The position numbers and the translations under genes were made by a program. Shown one piece after another: positions 34,815-43,536 of a stretch of DNA of 50,417 nt. This DNA comes from a virus: the UHGV virus genome UHGV-0559702; one strand, written 5' to 3'. Every line of letters starts with the position of its first letter. Within the stretch, counting starts at the first letter, position 1. Below the pieces are notes generated by a model that ran no database searches, had not been told where the DNA came from, and saw only the letters and a list, made by a program, of their open reading frames with translations.

Positions 34815-35725
34815 ACAATGACATCCGCCTTTCCGTGGAGTTTTTCGATCACCCGAAGACGGTCAAGCTCCAGAGACGTCTTGGTGTTGGTGCTGTTATC
34901 TGCCTGCAACGGCTTTGGATTTGGACGGCTCAAAATCGTTCAAACGGCGTGTTGAGCGGAATAGACTGCGAGGATGTGGAAATTGCCGCGAAGTGGGATG
35001 GGGAACCCGGAGAATTTTGCCAGACGCTCGTGGATCTGCGGTTTATAGACGAAACTGATGGAGTTTATGCGTTGCATGATTGGTGTGAGCATCAAGAATA
35101 TGCCAGCAAAGAAGAAGAACGAAAGGATCGTGCGCGCAGGGCTGCCGATGCTCGTTGGGGCAATAAGAATGCCTCCGGTATGCCAAAAAATGAAACTAGC
35201 AATGCTAATGATTCAAGTGAGCTATGCTTACACTATGCTAATAGCATACTGGACGCATCGTTAAGCAATGCCCCAAACCAAACCAAACCAAGCCTAGAAG
35301 AAGATACTACCCCTGACGGGGTAGTTGGCGACGCCGAAGACGCCGACGCCTCCCTGTCCGGCGAAAAGCGGCAGGCCCATGCCTCGCCAGCCTGCCCCTA
35401 TGACGCCATTGTCGGCCTGTATCACGAGGCTTTCCCGGAGCATCCCCGAGTTGCAATCGTGAACGCAAAGCGCAAGGGGGCAATGAAGGCAAGATGGACA
35501 GAGGCCGGAGAGAGGCTGCGAATGCTGAACAGGGACACCTCCGCCGCCGAAAGGCTGGATTACTTTCGGCGGCTGTTTGCAAGGGCTTCCCGGTCTGATT
35601 TTCTCACTGGCAAAAAGGCTTTTCGAGATGGGACAGTGTACCGGGTGGATTTCGACAAGCTCATGTCCCCAAGCGGGTTTATGGGCGTGATTGAAGGCAA
35701 GTACGACAATCGGGAGGTGGCTTGA
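34811..35725 (+). CDS. Replication initiation / replisome organiser protein (lambda O-like) with an AT-rich low-complexity linker
   Basis: Immediately upstream of the dnaB-like gene. N-terminal DNA-binding-like domain, low-GC linker at 35160-35290, conserved C-terminal domain. Confidence 0.55.
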   Translation: MNNDIRLSVEFFDHPKTVKLQRRLGVGAVICLQRLWIWTAQNRSNGVLSGIDCEDVEIAAKWDGEPGEFCQTLVDLRFIDETDGVYALHDWCEHQEYASKEEERKDRARRAADARWGNKNASGMPKNETSNANDSSELCLHYANSILDASLSNAPNQTKPSLEEDTTPDGVVGDAEDADASLSGEKRQAHASPACPYDAIVGLYHEAFPEHPRVAIVNAKRKGAMKARWTEAGERLRMLNRDTSAAERLDYFRRLFARASRSDFLTGKKAFRDGTVYRVDFDKLMSPSGFMGVIEGKYDNREVA

Positions 35726-35726
35726 A

Positions 35727-37136
35727 ATGGCAGTTCAGACGCTTGAACGCGGCATCATGGCCCGCAGGCAGAATGCTCCCGCGCCAAAGCCCGTCATGGC
35801 CTCGGAAGCCCGTGCACAGCTTGAGTCCAGCGTCATTGCCGCGACTCTCTCGGGCATGAACCGGGATGCCCATTTGCTTGGGGATGTACTCGATATTTGC
35901 CCCGCAGGTTGTTTTGTGACGCCGGAAGCTGCGCCGCTTGCCGTGGCTCTCGATTTGCTCCGTCAGTCCGGTCAACGTCCCAATCTCACCGCGTTGGCAA
36001 CGCAGATGCAATCGCGTTGGGCGAAAGATCCTGAACTTTGGCCCGCCCCGGATATGGCGCGCATGGCTGAACTTTCTACGTCCGCGTGGGGTCTGAAAGG
36101 CCATGCCGAGAGTTTGGCCCGAAAGCTTGCCGATGAACATCGCCGGGCGGAACTCCATGCCGGACTGCTCGAAATTGCTGCGGAAGCATCGGTTTACGGC
36201 GTGGACTCCGAATACATCGCTGACCGTGCCCGAAAGATTGTTGAATCTTCGGGAGGGATTCAGGAAGCCGTAACTATGTCGAACCTCATGGGCCGCATTC
36301 GGGCGAAGCTCGATAATCCGCAATCGCTGCGCAAGGTTCAGACTCCGTGGAAAAGCTTGAACAGCGTTTTGCGTGGGGGATTCATGCCGGGGGAATTGAT
36401 CGTTCTTGCCGCTCGTCCAGGCCTTGGAAAGACGGCCTTAGCCGCAAATGTGGCGTTGGGTGCCGCATGGCGCGGAATGGGTGTGCTCTTTGTCTCATGC
36501 GAGATGAGCGACGAAAGCCTTGGGCATCGCCTCATCTCCCGTGTAGGGCGTATCGATGGGCGGTTTTTCCGTGAGGGGATGGGCGTCACGCCGCAGATCC
36601 GTGGAGCTATTGACACCGCCATAGGGCAACTTGAAGCCCTCCCCCTGTCCATCGTTGAAAAGTCCACGGTTCCGATGTGCCCTCGTGAAGTCCGCAGGCT
36701 GGCACGAGGCATCAAGGATTTAGGGCTCATCGTAGTGGACTATCTCCAGCTTTTGCATCCCGACGAGAAGAGCACCAGCAGGGAGCGTGAAATTGCAGAA
36801 ATGTCCAGAGCCTTCAAACAAATGGCTATGGATCTGCAAGTCCCTGTGCTCCTGCTTTCCCAGCTCAATCGTTCAAGCGAAGAGGGCAAGCGAGAGCCCC
36901 GGGTTTCCGATCTCAGAGAGTCTGGAGCGATTGAGCAGGACGCGGACATCATCATTTTGCTGCACACTCGTGACTTGGATCGTGCGAATGCCAGACCAGA
37001 CGTGAAATGCATAGTCGGGAAATCCCGCAGCACGGGAACAGGTGCATCGTTCTTGCGTTTCGAAAAAGCTTTTTCTGATTTTACCGAGGGTGAAGCATGG
37101 GCCGGACGTCCTGCGGTACAGGAAAACGATTTGTGA
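35727..37136 (+). CDS. dnaB: Replicative DNA helicase, DnaB family
   Basis: Walker A ARPGLGKT, VVDYLQLL, and the RecA-like C-terminus of DnaB. GGGAGG RBS. Confidence 0.9.
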   Translation: MAVQTLERGIMARRQNAPAPKPVMASEARAQLESSVIAATLSGMNRDAHLLGDVLDICPAGCFVTPEAAPLAVALDLLRQSGQRPNLTALATQMQSRWAKDPELWPAPDMARMAELSTSAWGLKGHAESLARKLADEHRRAELHAGLLEIAAEASVYGVDSEYIADRARKIVESSGGIQEAVTMSNLMGRIRAKLDNPQSLRKVQTPWKSLNSVLRGGFMPGELIVLAARPGLGKTALAANVALGAAWRGMGVLFVSCEMSDESLGHRLISRVGRIDGRFFREGMGVTPQIRGAIDTAIGQLEALPLSIVEKSTVPMCPREVRRLARGIKDLGLIVVDYLQLLHPDEKSTSREREIAEMSRAFKQMAMDLQVPVLLLSQLNRSSEEGKREPRVSDLRESGAIEQDADIIILLHTRDLDRANARPDVKCIVGKSRSTGTGASFLRFEKAFSDFTEGEAWAGRPAVQENDL

Positions 37137-37207
37137 TGTGCCCACGGTACTGTGAAATCTTCGGCCCCGGAGCGTGTGCAGGGGTGTTTGACGAAAAGGA
37201 GTGTGTG

Positions 37208-37627
37208 ATGAGCACATACAGGGAAGAATCGTTGCCGGAAACACTGCAAGACATGTCCGACCGTTTCGGAAAGCCCTTTGTCCGGCACATGATTGAACGC
37301 TTCGGGGGTATAACTCTTATTATTCCCGCCAAAAGCCGGAAGACGCGGCTAGCTCGGGAATTGTGCGCCTTCTTGGGGCAGGATGCCCTTTCCGGCTTTC
37401 TGCACACCTATGGCGGTACGAGAATCTATATCCCCACTTTGCGCCGGGCGAAGATCCGCGCACGGGACATGAACATCAACGCCGAGCGGGACGAGTTGGC
37501 TCGCAAGGGGCTGAGTGAAAGAGCGCTTGTCGCCAGGCTCGCCACGCTGCACGGGCTTTCCGAACGGCAGGTGTGGCGCATTTTAAAACAGCCGAGAACC
37601 TCGGACAACAGGGAGGCGGCGTCATGA
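37208..37627 (+). CDS. mor: Mor-family transcriptional activator
   Basis: FGGITLIIPAKSRK...YGGTRIYIPT...LARKGLSERALVARLATLHGLSERQVWRILK matches the Mor/C family signature. AAGGAG RBS. Confidence 0.8.
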   Translation: MSTYREESLPETLQDMSDRFGKPFVRHMIERFGGITLIIPAKSRKTRLARELCAFLGQDALSGFLHTYGGTRIYIPTLRRAKIRARDMNINAERDELARKGLSERALVARLATLHGLSERQVWRILKQPRTSDNREAAS

Positions 37628-38052
37628 CGGTCTTACGCTTCACCTTGTCCTGCACGCCCACGGCACAGGCCCGAGTCCGGCACACCGTCCGTTGTGGGCA
37701 CAGCGTGGCTTACAAGTCTGCCGGGCAGAAGAGCGCGGAAGCCGTGCTTGACGATTTGCTTTCTGCGCGCGCCCCGGAAAAGCCTCTAGACGGGCCTCTC
37801 GTGCTCGAATTCATCGCGGGGATGCCGATACCTGCATCGACCACGAAAAAACAACGAGAGGCCATGTTGCGCGGTGAAATCGCCCATACGAAGAAGCCGG
37901 ACCTCGACAACATGGCAAAGCAGCTCAAAGACGCCATGACGCGCGCGGGGTTCTGGGGCGACGACAGGCAGGTGGTGTCCCTGCGTTGCTCGAAATGCTA
38001 CGCCGCTGTCCCGCACTGGGAGGTGGCTGTGTACGCACAGGAGGAAGCGTAA
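37624..38052 (+). CDS. rusA: RusA-family Holliday junction resolvase
   Basis: ATGA-coupled. VLRFTL...HTKKPDLDNMAKQLKDAMTRAGFWGDDRQV matches the RusA signature. Confidence 0.8.
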   Translation: MTVLRFTLSCTPTAQARVRHTVRCGHSVAYKSAGQKSAEAVLDDLLSARAPEKPLDGPLVLEFIAGMPIPASTTKKQREAMLRGEIAHTKKPDLDNMAKQLKDAMTRAGFWGDDRQVVSLRCSKCYAAVPHWEVAVYAQEEA

Positions 38053-38234
38053 TGAATGAACGGAAATTGCTGCTCGGCTGGAAGCGCATTACGGAGTACA
38101 CCGGAATTAGCCGCCTGCTCATGATCCGCTACGCCTACCCCGTCCACGATTGCGATAGGGCAACTCATCTCGGGTACGGCGTATGCGCTTATACCGACGA
38201 GCTTGACGCGCACAGGGAGGCTATCAGTGCATAA
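38052..38234 (+). CDS. Small putative DNA-binding protein (60 aa)
   Basis: TAATG-coupled. HTH-like segment (KRITEYTGISRLLMIRYAYPVHD). Confidence 0.45.
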   Translation: MNERKLLLGWKRITEYTGISRLLMIRYAYPVHDCDRATHLGYGVCAYTDELDAHREAISA

Positions 38235-38487
38235 CATCGACATTACGATACTTGGTGAAAAGGCTCTTGTGGCGCTCATGCAGCGGCTGTCGGAAGCACG
38301 TGGGAAGCACCCTGTTTTTGCGGAGGGCAAATACCACGCGCTTGGCGTTATCGGGGGGGAGTACCGTGAGCTTGTACACGCCGTTGAGCACGAAACTCCG
38401 GAGCGTATCCGCGACGAAGCCCTCGATGTAGCTGTGACCGCACTGCGGCTATGGCTTGGGGAACACAAGGTTGGTGCTCATGAGTGA
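38227..38487 (+). CDS. Hypothetical all-alpha protein (possibly MazG-like NTP-pyrophosphatase fold)
   Basis: GGGAGG RBS before the GTG start. E..E..E..D spacing is reminiscent of MazG/HisE. Weak. Confidence 0.45.
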   Translation: MHNIDITILGEKALVALMQRLSEARGKHPVFAEGKYHALGVIGGEYRELVHAVEHETPERIRDEALDVAVTALRLWLGEHKVGAHE

Positions 38488-38848
38488 CGTGTGGGTGAGC
38501 CAGTTCGAACTGTCAGAGGCCATCGGTGACGTGGGGGCGGTCATCCTCTGCGCACAGTGCGGTGGACGTTCATACTTTATCCCCCGGAAGCCCACAGGTT
38601 TTCTTCTGGAGCTGCTTGGTCGGCAGCGTATGGCGGCCCTCTGCACCGAATTTGGGGGGATGCAGATCGTCGTGCCCAACCTGCGCCGTGGTGAACCGTT
38701 CAAAGGACGTATCCTGTCCCGTCTGGAAGCAGGGGAGAAGCCGGACGCCATCGCCGAAGCCCTTGGCGTGACCACCAGGTACGTCCGTCGGCTCAAAAAG
38801 CAGCTTTGCGGGAACCCGGAACCACAGCAGCAATATCGGCTGTTGTAG
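38480..38848 (+). CDS. Second Mor/C-family activator paralog
   Basis: FGGMQIVVPNL...RILSRLEAGEKPDAIAEALGVTTRYVRRLKKQ matches the family signature. Located directly upstream of motif copy 3 and the lysis genes. Confidence 0.6.
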   Translation: MSDVWVSQFELSEAIGDVGAVILCAQCGGRSYFIPRKPTGFLLELLGRQRMAALCTEFGGMQIVVPNLRRGEPFKGRILSRLEAGEKPDAIAEALGVTTRYVRRLKKQLCGNPEPQQQYRLL

Positions 38849-38864
38849 AATCTTGTTCACGGTG
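38847..38864 (+). promoter_or_regulatory. Conserved late-operon motif copy 3 (aGAATCTTGTTCACGGTG)
   Basis: About 50 bp upstream of the lysis operon start at 38914. Confidence 0.55.
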
Positions 38865-38913
38865 TCCTCCCCCTATTCTCTTGTGCGAGAGTGGACGCAG
38901 GAGGATATTTTTT

Positions 38914-39300
38914 ATGGCTGTTCTTCCCTTGCGTCACTTCTCCCCGGTCGAATTCCGCTGCAAGTGCGGGTGCGGCGCGGGCATGGAGAAGATGGACGCC
39001 GACCTGCTCCAGATGCTCGACGAGGCCCGTGATCTGGCGGGCATCCCGTTCCCCCTTTCTTCCGCCTACCGCTGCCCCAAACACAACAGGGCGGTCGGCG
39101 GTGTGCCCACCTCAGCGCACACTCGCGGCTACGCCGTGGATATCCGCTGCGTGGATTCCCATTCCCGTTTCGCCATGCTGCAAGCCCTGCTTGAGGCCGG
39201 GTTCCGGCGCATCGAGCTGGCTCCGACATGGATTCATGTGGACAACGACCCCGACAAGCCGCGTGACGTGGCCTTTTACCAGCATGGAGGCAAGTACTGA
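38914..39300 (+). CDS. Peptidase M15 (zinc D-Ala-D-Ala carboxypeptidase-type) endolysin
   Basis: AGGAGG RBS. SAHTRGYAVDI...HVD His/Asp zinc-binding motifs of the M15 family. Confidence 0.8.
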   Translation: MAVLPLRHFSPVEFRCKCGCGAGMEKMDADLLQMLDEARDLAGIPFPLSSAYRCPKHNRAVGGVPTSAHTRGYAVDIRCVDSHSRFAMLQALLEAGFRRIELAPTWIHVDNDPDKPRDVAFYQHGGKY

Positions 39301-39590
39301 TGGAAGCGACCGTGATTGATTTCATCCTTTCGACCTTGATGAGCCTTTCCGCGCAGTATCCCGATGCGGCGTGGCTCGTGACCGCCCTGAGCGTGGTCAT
39401 GACCGTGTGCGGCCTGTGCGCCGTGGCCACCGTATGGATGCCCGTCCCCAAGGAACAGACCGGGCTTTATGCCGTCTTCTACCGCTGGGCCCATGCCCTT
39501 GCCGCACACTTCGGGCAGAACAAGGGCGCTGTGGCTGACGGCAAGTCCGAAACCGTGAAGGCCGAAGTCAAGGCCGTGACGGGGAAGTGA
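39300..39590 (+). CDS. Holin candidate (96 aa, TM segments)
   Basis: TGATG-coupled to the endolysin. Hydrophobic helices (ILSTLMSLSAQ..., WLVTALSVVMTVCGLCAVATVW). Confidence 0.5.
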   Translation: MEATVIDFILSTLMSLSAQYPDAAWLVTALSVVMTVCGLCAVATVWMPVPKEQTGLYAVFYRWAHALAAHFGQNKGAVADGKSETVKAEVKAVTGK

Positions 39591-39910
39591 TGTGCGGGCC
39601 GTCCTTGAGTTCCTTTCATCGCTCGCCGGGCTCCTCAAGCTGTGGCTGCGTCAACGGTACGGCGAACGCCGCGAGGCTGATCGCGCTGCTGTGCGTGATG
39701 ACGCTGGCGGCGAGTGGGTGCAGCACAGTGGCGGCGCCGACCGCCGTGACAAGCCCGGCGCCGCTGACGCCGGGGGCCGTCGTGACGGGTGAGTGGTCCT
39801 ACACCTACCGGGGCGAGACGTTCACCGAGCCCGGCGAGTGGGTGCATCTGCCCGCTGGGGAGGCCGGGAACTTGCTCCTGTGGATCAAGGGCGTTGAGGC
39901 TGGAAGCTGA
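39590..39910 (+). CDS. Lipoprotein (o-spanin-like?) with lipobox LAASGC; an embedded alternative-frame ORF lies at 39592..39792
   Basis: Hydrophobic h-region LIALLCVMTLAASG followed by Cys. The n-region is unusually long. Confidence 0.4.
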   Translation: MCGPSLSSFHRSPGSSSCGCVNGTANAARLIALLCVMTLAASGCSTVAAPTAVTSPAPLTPGAVVTGEWSYTYRGETFTEPGEWVHLPAGEAGNLLLWIKGVEAGS

Positions 39911-40182
39911 TGGAGCATACACTGGACCATGAATCCCGGCTTTCCCGCATTGAGGCATTGCTCGAAGCGCTCAACCAGCGGCTTGACGACGCGATACTCA
40001 CGCAACTCCGCGATCATGGAAAACGCATTCGGGATCTTGAGGATCATATCTCGGTTATGGCCGAGACGTGCGCGCGGGAACGCGGGGAGCGGCAGGGCAG
40101 CAGGACAACGGCCATCGCCATCATAACCGCCCTCTCGGGAGTTGGCGGTTGCATCGGTGCCATTGTGGGCCGGATGTTTTGA
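39910..40182 (+). CDS. Coiled-coil protein with a C-terminal TM anchor
   Basis: TGATG-coupled. Heptad-rich N-terminus. C-terminal TTAIAIITALSGVGGCIGAIVG. Confidence 0.5.
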   Translation: MEHTLDHESRLSRIEALLEALNQRLDDAILTQLRDHGKRIRDLEDHISVMAETCARERGERQGSRTTAIAIITALSGVGGCIGAIVGRMF

Positions 40183-40199
40183 GAATGCCCTGTGCATGA

Positions 40200-40661
40200 A
40201 TGGACACCTATGCGCTCCAGCGTCAGCTTCTTCAGGCAGAACTTCCTCCAACGGAAAAGCTTGTAGGTATGGTGCTCGCCATACACATGGACAAGCGGAC
40301 CGGAAAAATCCGCGTGCGGCAGGAAACCGTCGCGCAGGAGTGTGGCGTGTCTGCGCGAACAGTGCGCAGGGCCATTGCTGCGCTCGTATCCTCCGGAGTG
40401 TTCGTCTCCGTGGCAACCGGACGCTCCTCGGTTTTGGTTGCTGGTTCTGGAAAGAGTACTGGAAGAGTGGACCGGCCACCGGTGTCCTATCAGACCGGTC
40501 ACGGGTGTCCGCAATTGAAGCGGAAAAGGGCCCCTTGGGAGTATGATTTGGCGCACAGTACGAGGCCCGAGGAAGAGGAGAAACGAGGGCATGAAAGTTT
40601 TTTGAGAGAACAGGAAGAACGCAGGCCAAACGGGGGGTGCGACGATGGCGGCACGATTTGA
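40200..40661 (+). CDS. HTH-domain protein (153 aa)
   Basis: ETVAQECGVSARTVRRAIAAL winged-HTH-like segment. Confidence 0.5.
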   Translation: MDTYALQRQLLQAELPPTEKLVGMVLAIHMDKRTGKIRVRQETVAQECGVSARTVRRAIAALVSSGVFVSVATGRSSVLVAGSGKSTGRVDRPPVSYQTGHGCPQLKRKRAPWEYDLAHSTRPEEEEKRGHESFLREQEERRPNGGCDDGGTI

Positions 40662-41184
40662 TTGGGAATCCATCCGGGCCGAGTACGAAGTGGGGGCGAG
40701 CCAGTCCGATCTGTCCAAGCGGTACGGTGTGAGCCGGACGGCCATCCAAAAGCGCATCCGGGCCGAAGGATGGGTGCAGGATATTTCCGGCACCGTGAAC
40801 CGCATGGCAGAGGCCAAGGTTGCGGGCGTAGTTGCAGGCTGCAACCCTCAAAAAAAGGCCGAAGCCTTGGACCGCGCCGCCGAAGCCAAGGCCGCCGTCA
40901 TCACCCGCCACCAACGGGAATGGGATCGGCATCAGGCTCTTATTGATGAGGCTTTGTCCGAGGGCAGCTTCGACAAGGCCAAGCTCGCCAAGATCACCGC
41001 CGAGACGATCAAGATCCGGCAGGAGGGAGAGCGCAAGGCGTGGGGCATCGTGGACAAAGCTGCGTTGGATCATACTTCATCCGATGGTTCGCTGTCTCAG
41101 CGTCCGGTGGATCTCTCGCATCTCTCTCCGGACGAGTTGCTTCGCCTGACAAAGGAAGCCTTCAAAACGCCGGATCATGAGTAG
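40645..41184 (+). CDS. Terminase small subunit
   Basis: HTH (GASQSDLSKRYGVSRTAIQKRI). Immediately upstream of, and overlapping, the large terminase gene. Confidence 0.6.
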   Translation: MAARFDWESIRAEYEVGASQSDLSKRYGVSRTAIQKRIRAEGWVQDISGTVNRMAEAKVAGVVAGCNPQKKAEALDRAAEAKAAVITRHQREWDRHQALIDEALSEGSFDKAKLAKITAETIKIRQEGERKAWGIVDKAALDHTSSDGSLSQRPVDLSHLSPDELLRLTKEAFKTPDHE

Positions 41185-42640
41185 TCCCGCCATCCTTTCC
41201 GATATCCGGAAGGCACTGGCCCGGAGCTGTCTCGCGGCCTTCGTGCGCTACACCATGCCCGGCTACCGCATGGGATGGGTGCATGAGGAAATCTGTTCCG
41301 AGCTAGACGCCTTCCTTGCCGATGTCGTAGCCGGGCGTTCCCCGCGCCTCATGCTGACCATGCCCCCGCGCCACGGGAAAAGCGAGCTCGCCTCGCGCCG
41401 CTTCCCGGCTTACGCCTTGGGCCGCTATCCCGATCTATCCGTCATTTCCACGAGCTACGCCGCCGACCTGTCCTCGCGCATGAACCGCGACGTCCAGCGC
41501 GTCATCGACAGTCCGGAATACCGGGAACTCTTTCCCGGAACGGCGCTGTACGGCAAGAACATCCGCACCGTGGGGAACGGCTCCTACCTACGCAACTCGG
41601 ATATATTCGAGGTAGTGGGGCACGCTGGATGCTACCGTTCCGCTGGCGTGGGCGGCGGCATCACGGGCATGGGCGGGCATATCGTCATCGTCGACGACCC
41701 ATTCAAAGACCGGGCATCCGCCGATTCCCCGACCATCCGCCAGAACGTCTGGGACTGGTACACGTCCACGCTGTACACGCGCCTCGCGCCCGGCGGGGGG
41801 GTTCTCATTATCAATACGCGCTGGCACATGGCCGACCTTTCCGGGCGGCTGCTTGAGGCCGCCGCACGGGGGGAGGGCGACCACTGGCGTGTGGTGGACT
41901 TCCCTGCCATCGCCACGGCGGACGAGCCACATCGTAAGGCCGGGGAAGCCCTGCACCCGGAACGTTACCCGCTGAGCCAGCTCCTTGCCATTAAGAAAGC
42001 CCTCGGCACACGCGACTGGGAGGCCCTGTACCAGCAGCGGCCTACGCCAGACGGCGGCGCCATTTTCAAATCCGAGTGGTTGCGCTTCTGGCTCCCCAAA
42101 GATCTGCCAGAGCAGTTCGACCAGCTCCTTATCTCGTGGGATATGACGTTCAAGGACGGCGACGATACCGACTTTGTTGTGGGGCAGGTGTGGGGCCGCA
42201 AGGGGGCCGACCGCTACCTCCTCGATCAGGTCCGGCGGCGCATGGGATTTACGGATACGGTCGCCGCGTTCCGGGCGCTCGCCGCTAAATGGCCCGGCGC
42301 AGCCCGTAAGCTGGTGGAGGATAAGGCCAACGGCCCGGCGGTTATCGACGCGCTGAAACATGCTGTGCCTGGTATCATCCCCGTGGAGCCGGACGGCAGC
42401 AAGACGGCCCGGGCCCATGCCGTGACCACGTTCTTCGAGGCCGGGAACGTCCTGCTCCCGCACCCTGAGCATTGCCCGTGGGCGCGGGAGTACGTCGCGG
42501 AACTGACACAGTTCCCCGGTGCGCCCCACGACGACCAAGTGGACGCCACAACACAGGCGCTGCGTGATTTCGATACCAAGCGGCCTATGTGCATCAACCA
42601 CGCCATCCTCAATCATCCACGTATGGGAAGGAGAATATAA
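41177..42640 (+). CDS. Terminase large subunit
   Basis: 487 aa. ATPase motifs (MPPRHGKSE; HIVIVDDPF) and a C-terminal nuclease-like region. Confidence 0.85.
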   Translation: MSSPAILSDIRKALARSCLAAFVRYTMPGYRMGWVHEEICSELDAFLADVVAGRSPRLMLTMPPRHGKSELASRRFPAYALGRYPDLSVISTSYAADLSSRMNRDVQRVIDSPEYRELFPGTALYGKNIRTVGNGSYLRNSDIFEVVGHAGCYRSAGVGGGITGMGGHIVIVDDPFKDRASADSPTIRQNVWDWYTSTLYTRLAPGGGVLIINTRWHMADLSGRLLEAAARGEGDHWRVVDFPAIATADEPHRKAGEALHPERYPLSQLLAIKKALGTRDWEALYQQRPTPDGGAIFKSEWLRFWLPKDLPEQFDQLLISWDMTFKDGDDTDFVVGQVWGRKGADRYLLDQVRRRMGFTDTVAAFRALAAKWPGAARKLVEDKANGPAVIDALKHAVPGIIPVEPDGSKTARAHAVTTFFEAGNVLLPHPEHCPWAREYVAELTQFPGAPHDDQVDATTQALRDFDTKRPMCINHAILNHPRMGRRI

Positions 42641-42654
42641 ATGAATGTAAATAG

Positions 42655-43401
42655 TTAGAGTCCTGCTTCTTGACATCTTTCCTTCACAAAAGGGTTCTCG
42701 TTACCTTGTAGTCTTTCAATACGTCTGGCCCGCGTGCATTCCCACGCATCAACCGGATACATCTTGTCCCATGCGTCCATGAGCTGCGTCTGCTGGCGGC
42801 TCATGCGGTAGCGCGGGGCATAGGCGTCGGCCATATACTTGTAGGTCCGGGCAATCTGTCCCCTCGCTCTGATAGGCGGCTCGGCCCTGCGGTCGGCGAT
42901 CTTCATCCCGCAGCTTCCGAAGTCCGGCTCCTCGCCCGGCAACATCTGAAAGTTGTAGTTCTGGCGTAGGGCATTCACCGCGCCGATGGCCGGATACAGG
43001 TTGTACATGTCCGCCTGCATGTACCGATAGTCTTTATTGACCTTCTCGGCACACTTGCGGCCTTTGAACGCCTTTCCCCTGTTGTCCACGCACTGCGCGT
43101 CGCCCTCGCGCCACTCCGCGAACGCCTGCCCGAAGTTCTCGGCGGGGACCACGTGTTCCCATTCCACCTTCCCGGCCCGCTTCTCGTGCTTCGCGGCAGT
43201 AAAACCCTCCGGGAGGGTGACGTTCTTCTTCTCGTCGAACGCCGCCCCGCAGTAGAGCGTGATCCGGTGGTCATGATAGATTTGTCGCTCCAACGTTTTT
43301 TTGGCCTTGCTGAACGAATCGTTCCATTCGTTGCCCGCGGCCTGCGCCTCGGACGTCATAACTAGCGCGGCCAGCAAAAACACCATGATGCTTTTGTACA
43401 T
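42655..43401 (-). CDS. Endonuclease I (EndA/Dns-type) periplasmic DNase with signal peptide; moron
   Basis: Signal peptide MYKSIMVFLLAALVMTSEAQA. YCGAAFDEKK...KVEWEHVVPAENFG... matches the Endonuclease_1 family. Opposite strand to the flanking head genes, with its own AT-rich promoter. Confidence 0.75.
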   Translation of the reverse strand: MYKSIMVFLLAALVMTSEAQAAGNEWNDSFSKAKKTLERQIYHDHRITLYCGAAFDEKKNVTLPEGFTAAKHEKRAGKVEWEHVVPAENFGQAFAEWREGDAQCVDNRGKAFKGRKCAEKVNKDYRYMQADMYNLYPAIGAVNALRQNYNFQMLPGEEPDFGSCGMKIADRRAEPPIRARGQIARTYKYMADAYAPRYRMSRQQTQLMDAWDKMYPVDAWECTRARRIERLQGNENPFVKERCQEAGL

Positions 43402-43485
43402 GCGGATACCTCCCTAAAGGTATCCATGTATATATAGATTAATCTATATTGATACAATATGAAAGGTGTCCGACATCCATGCACC

Positions 43486-43503
43486 CGAACCTTGTTCACG
43501 GTG
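43486..43503 (+). promoter_or_regulatory. Conserved late-operon motif copy 4 (cGAACCTTGTTCACGGTG)
   Basis: 34 bp upstream of the portal start codon. Confidence 0.55.
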
Positions 43504-43536
43504 TGTTTTCTTCTTCGCTCATAGCATGATGCCCCC

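Noticed and set aside
39592-39792. Embedded 66-aa alternative-frame ORF as a separate i-spanin gene
   Set aside because: The product has an N-terminal hydrophobic helix but lacks the long periplasmic coiled-coil of i-spanins. Kept only as an alternative in the lysis-cassette finding.
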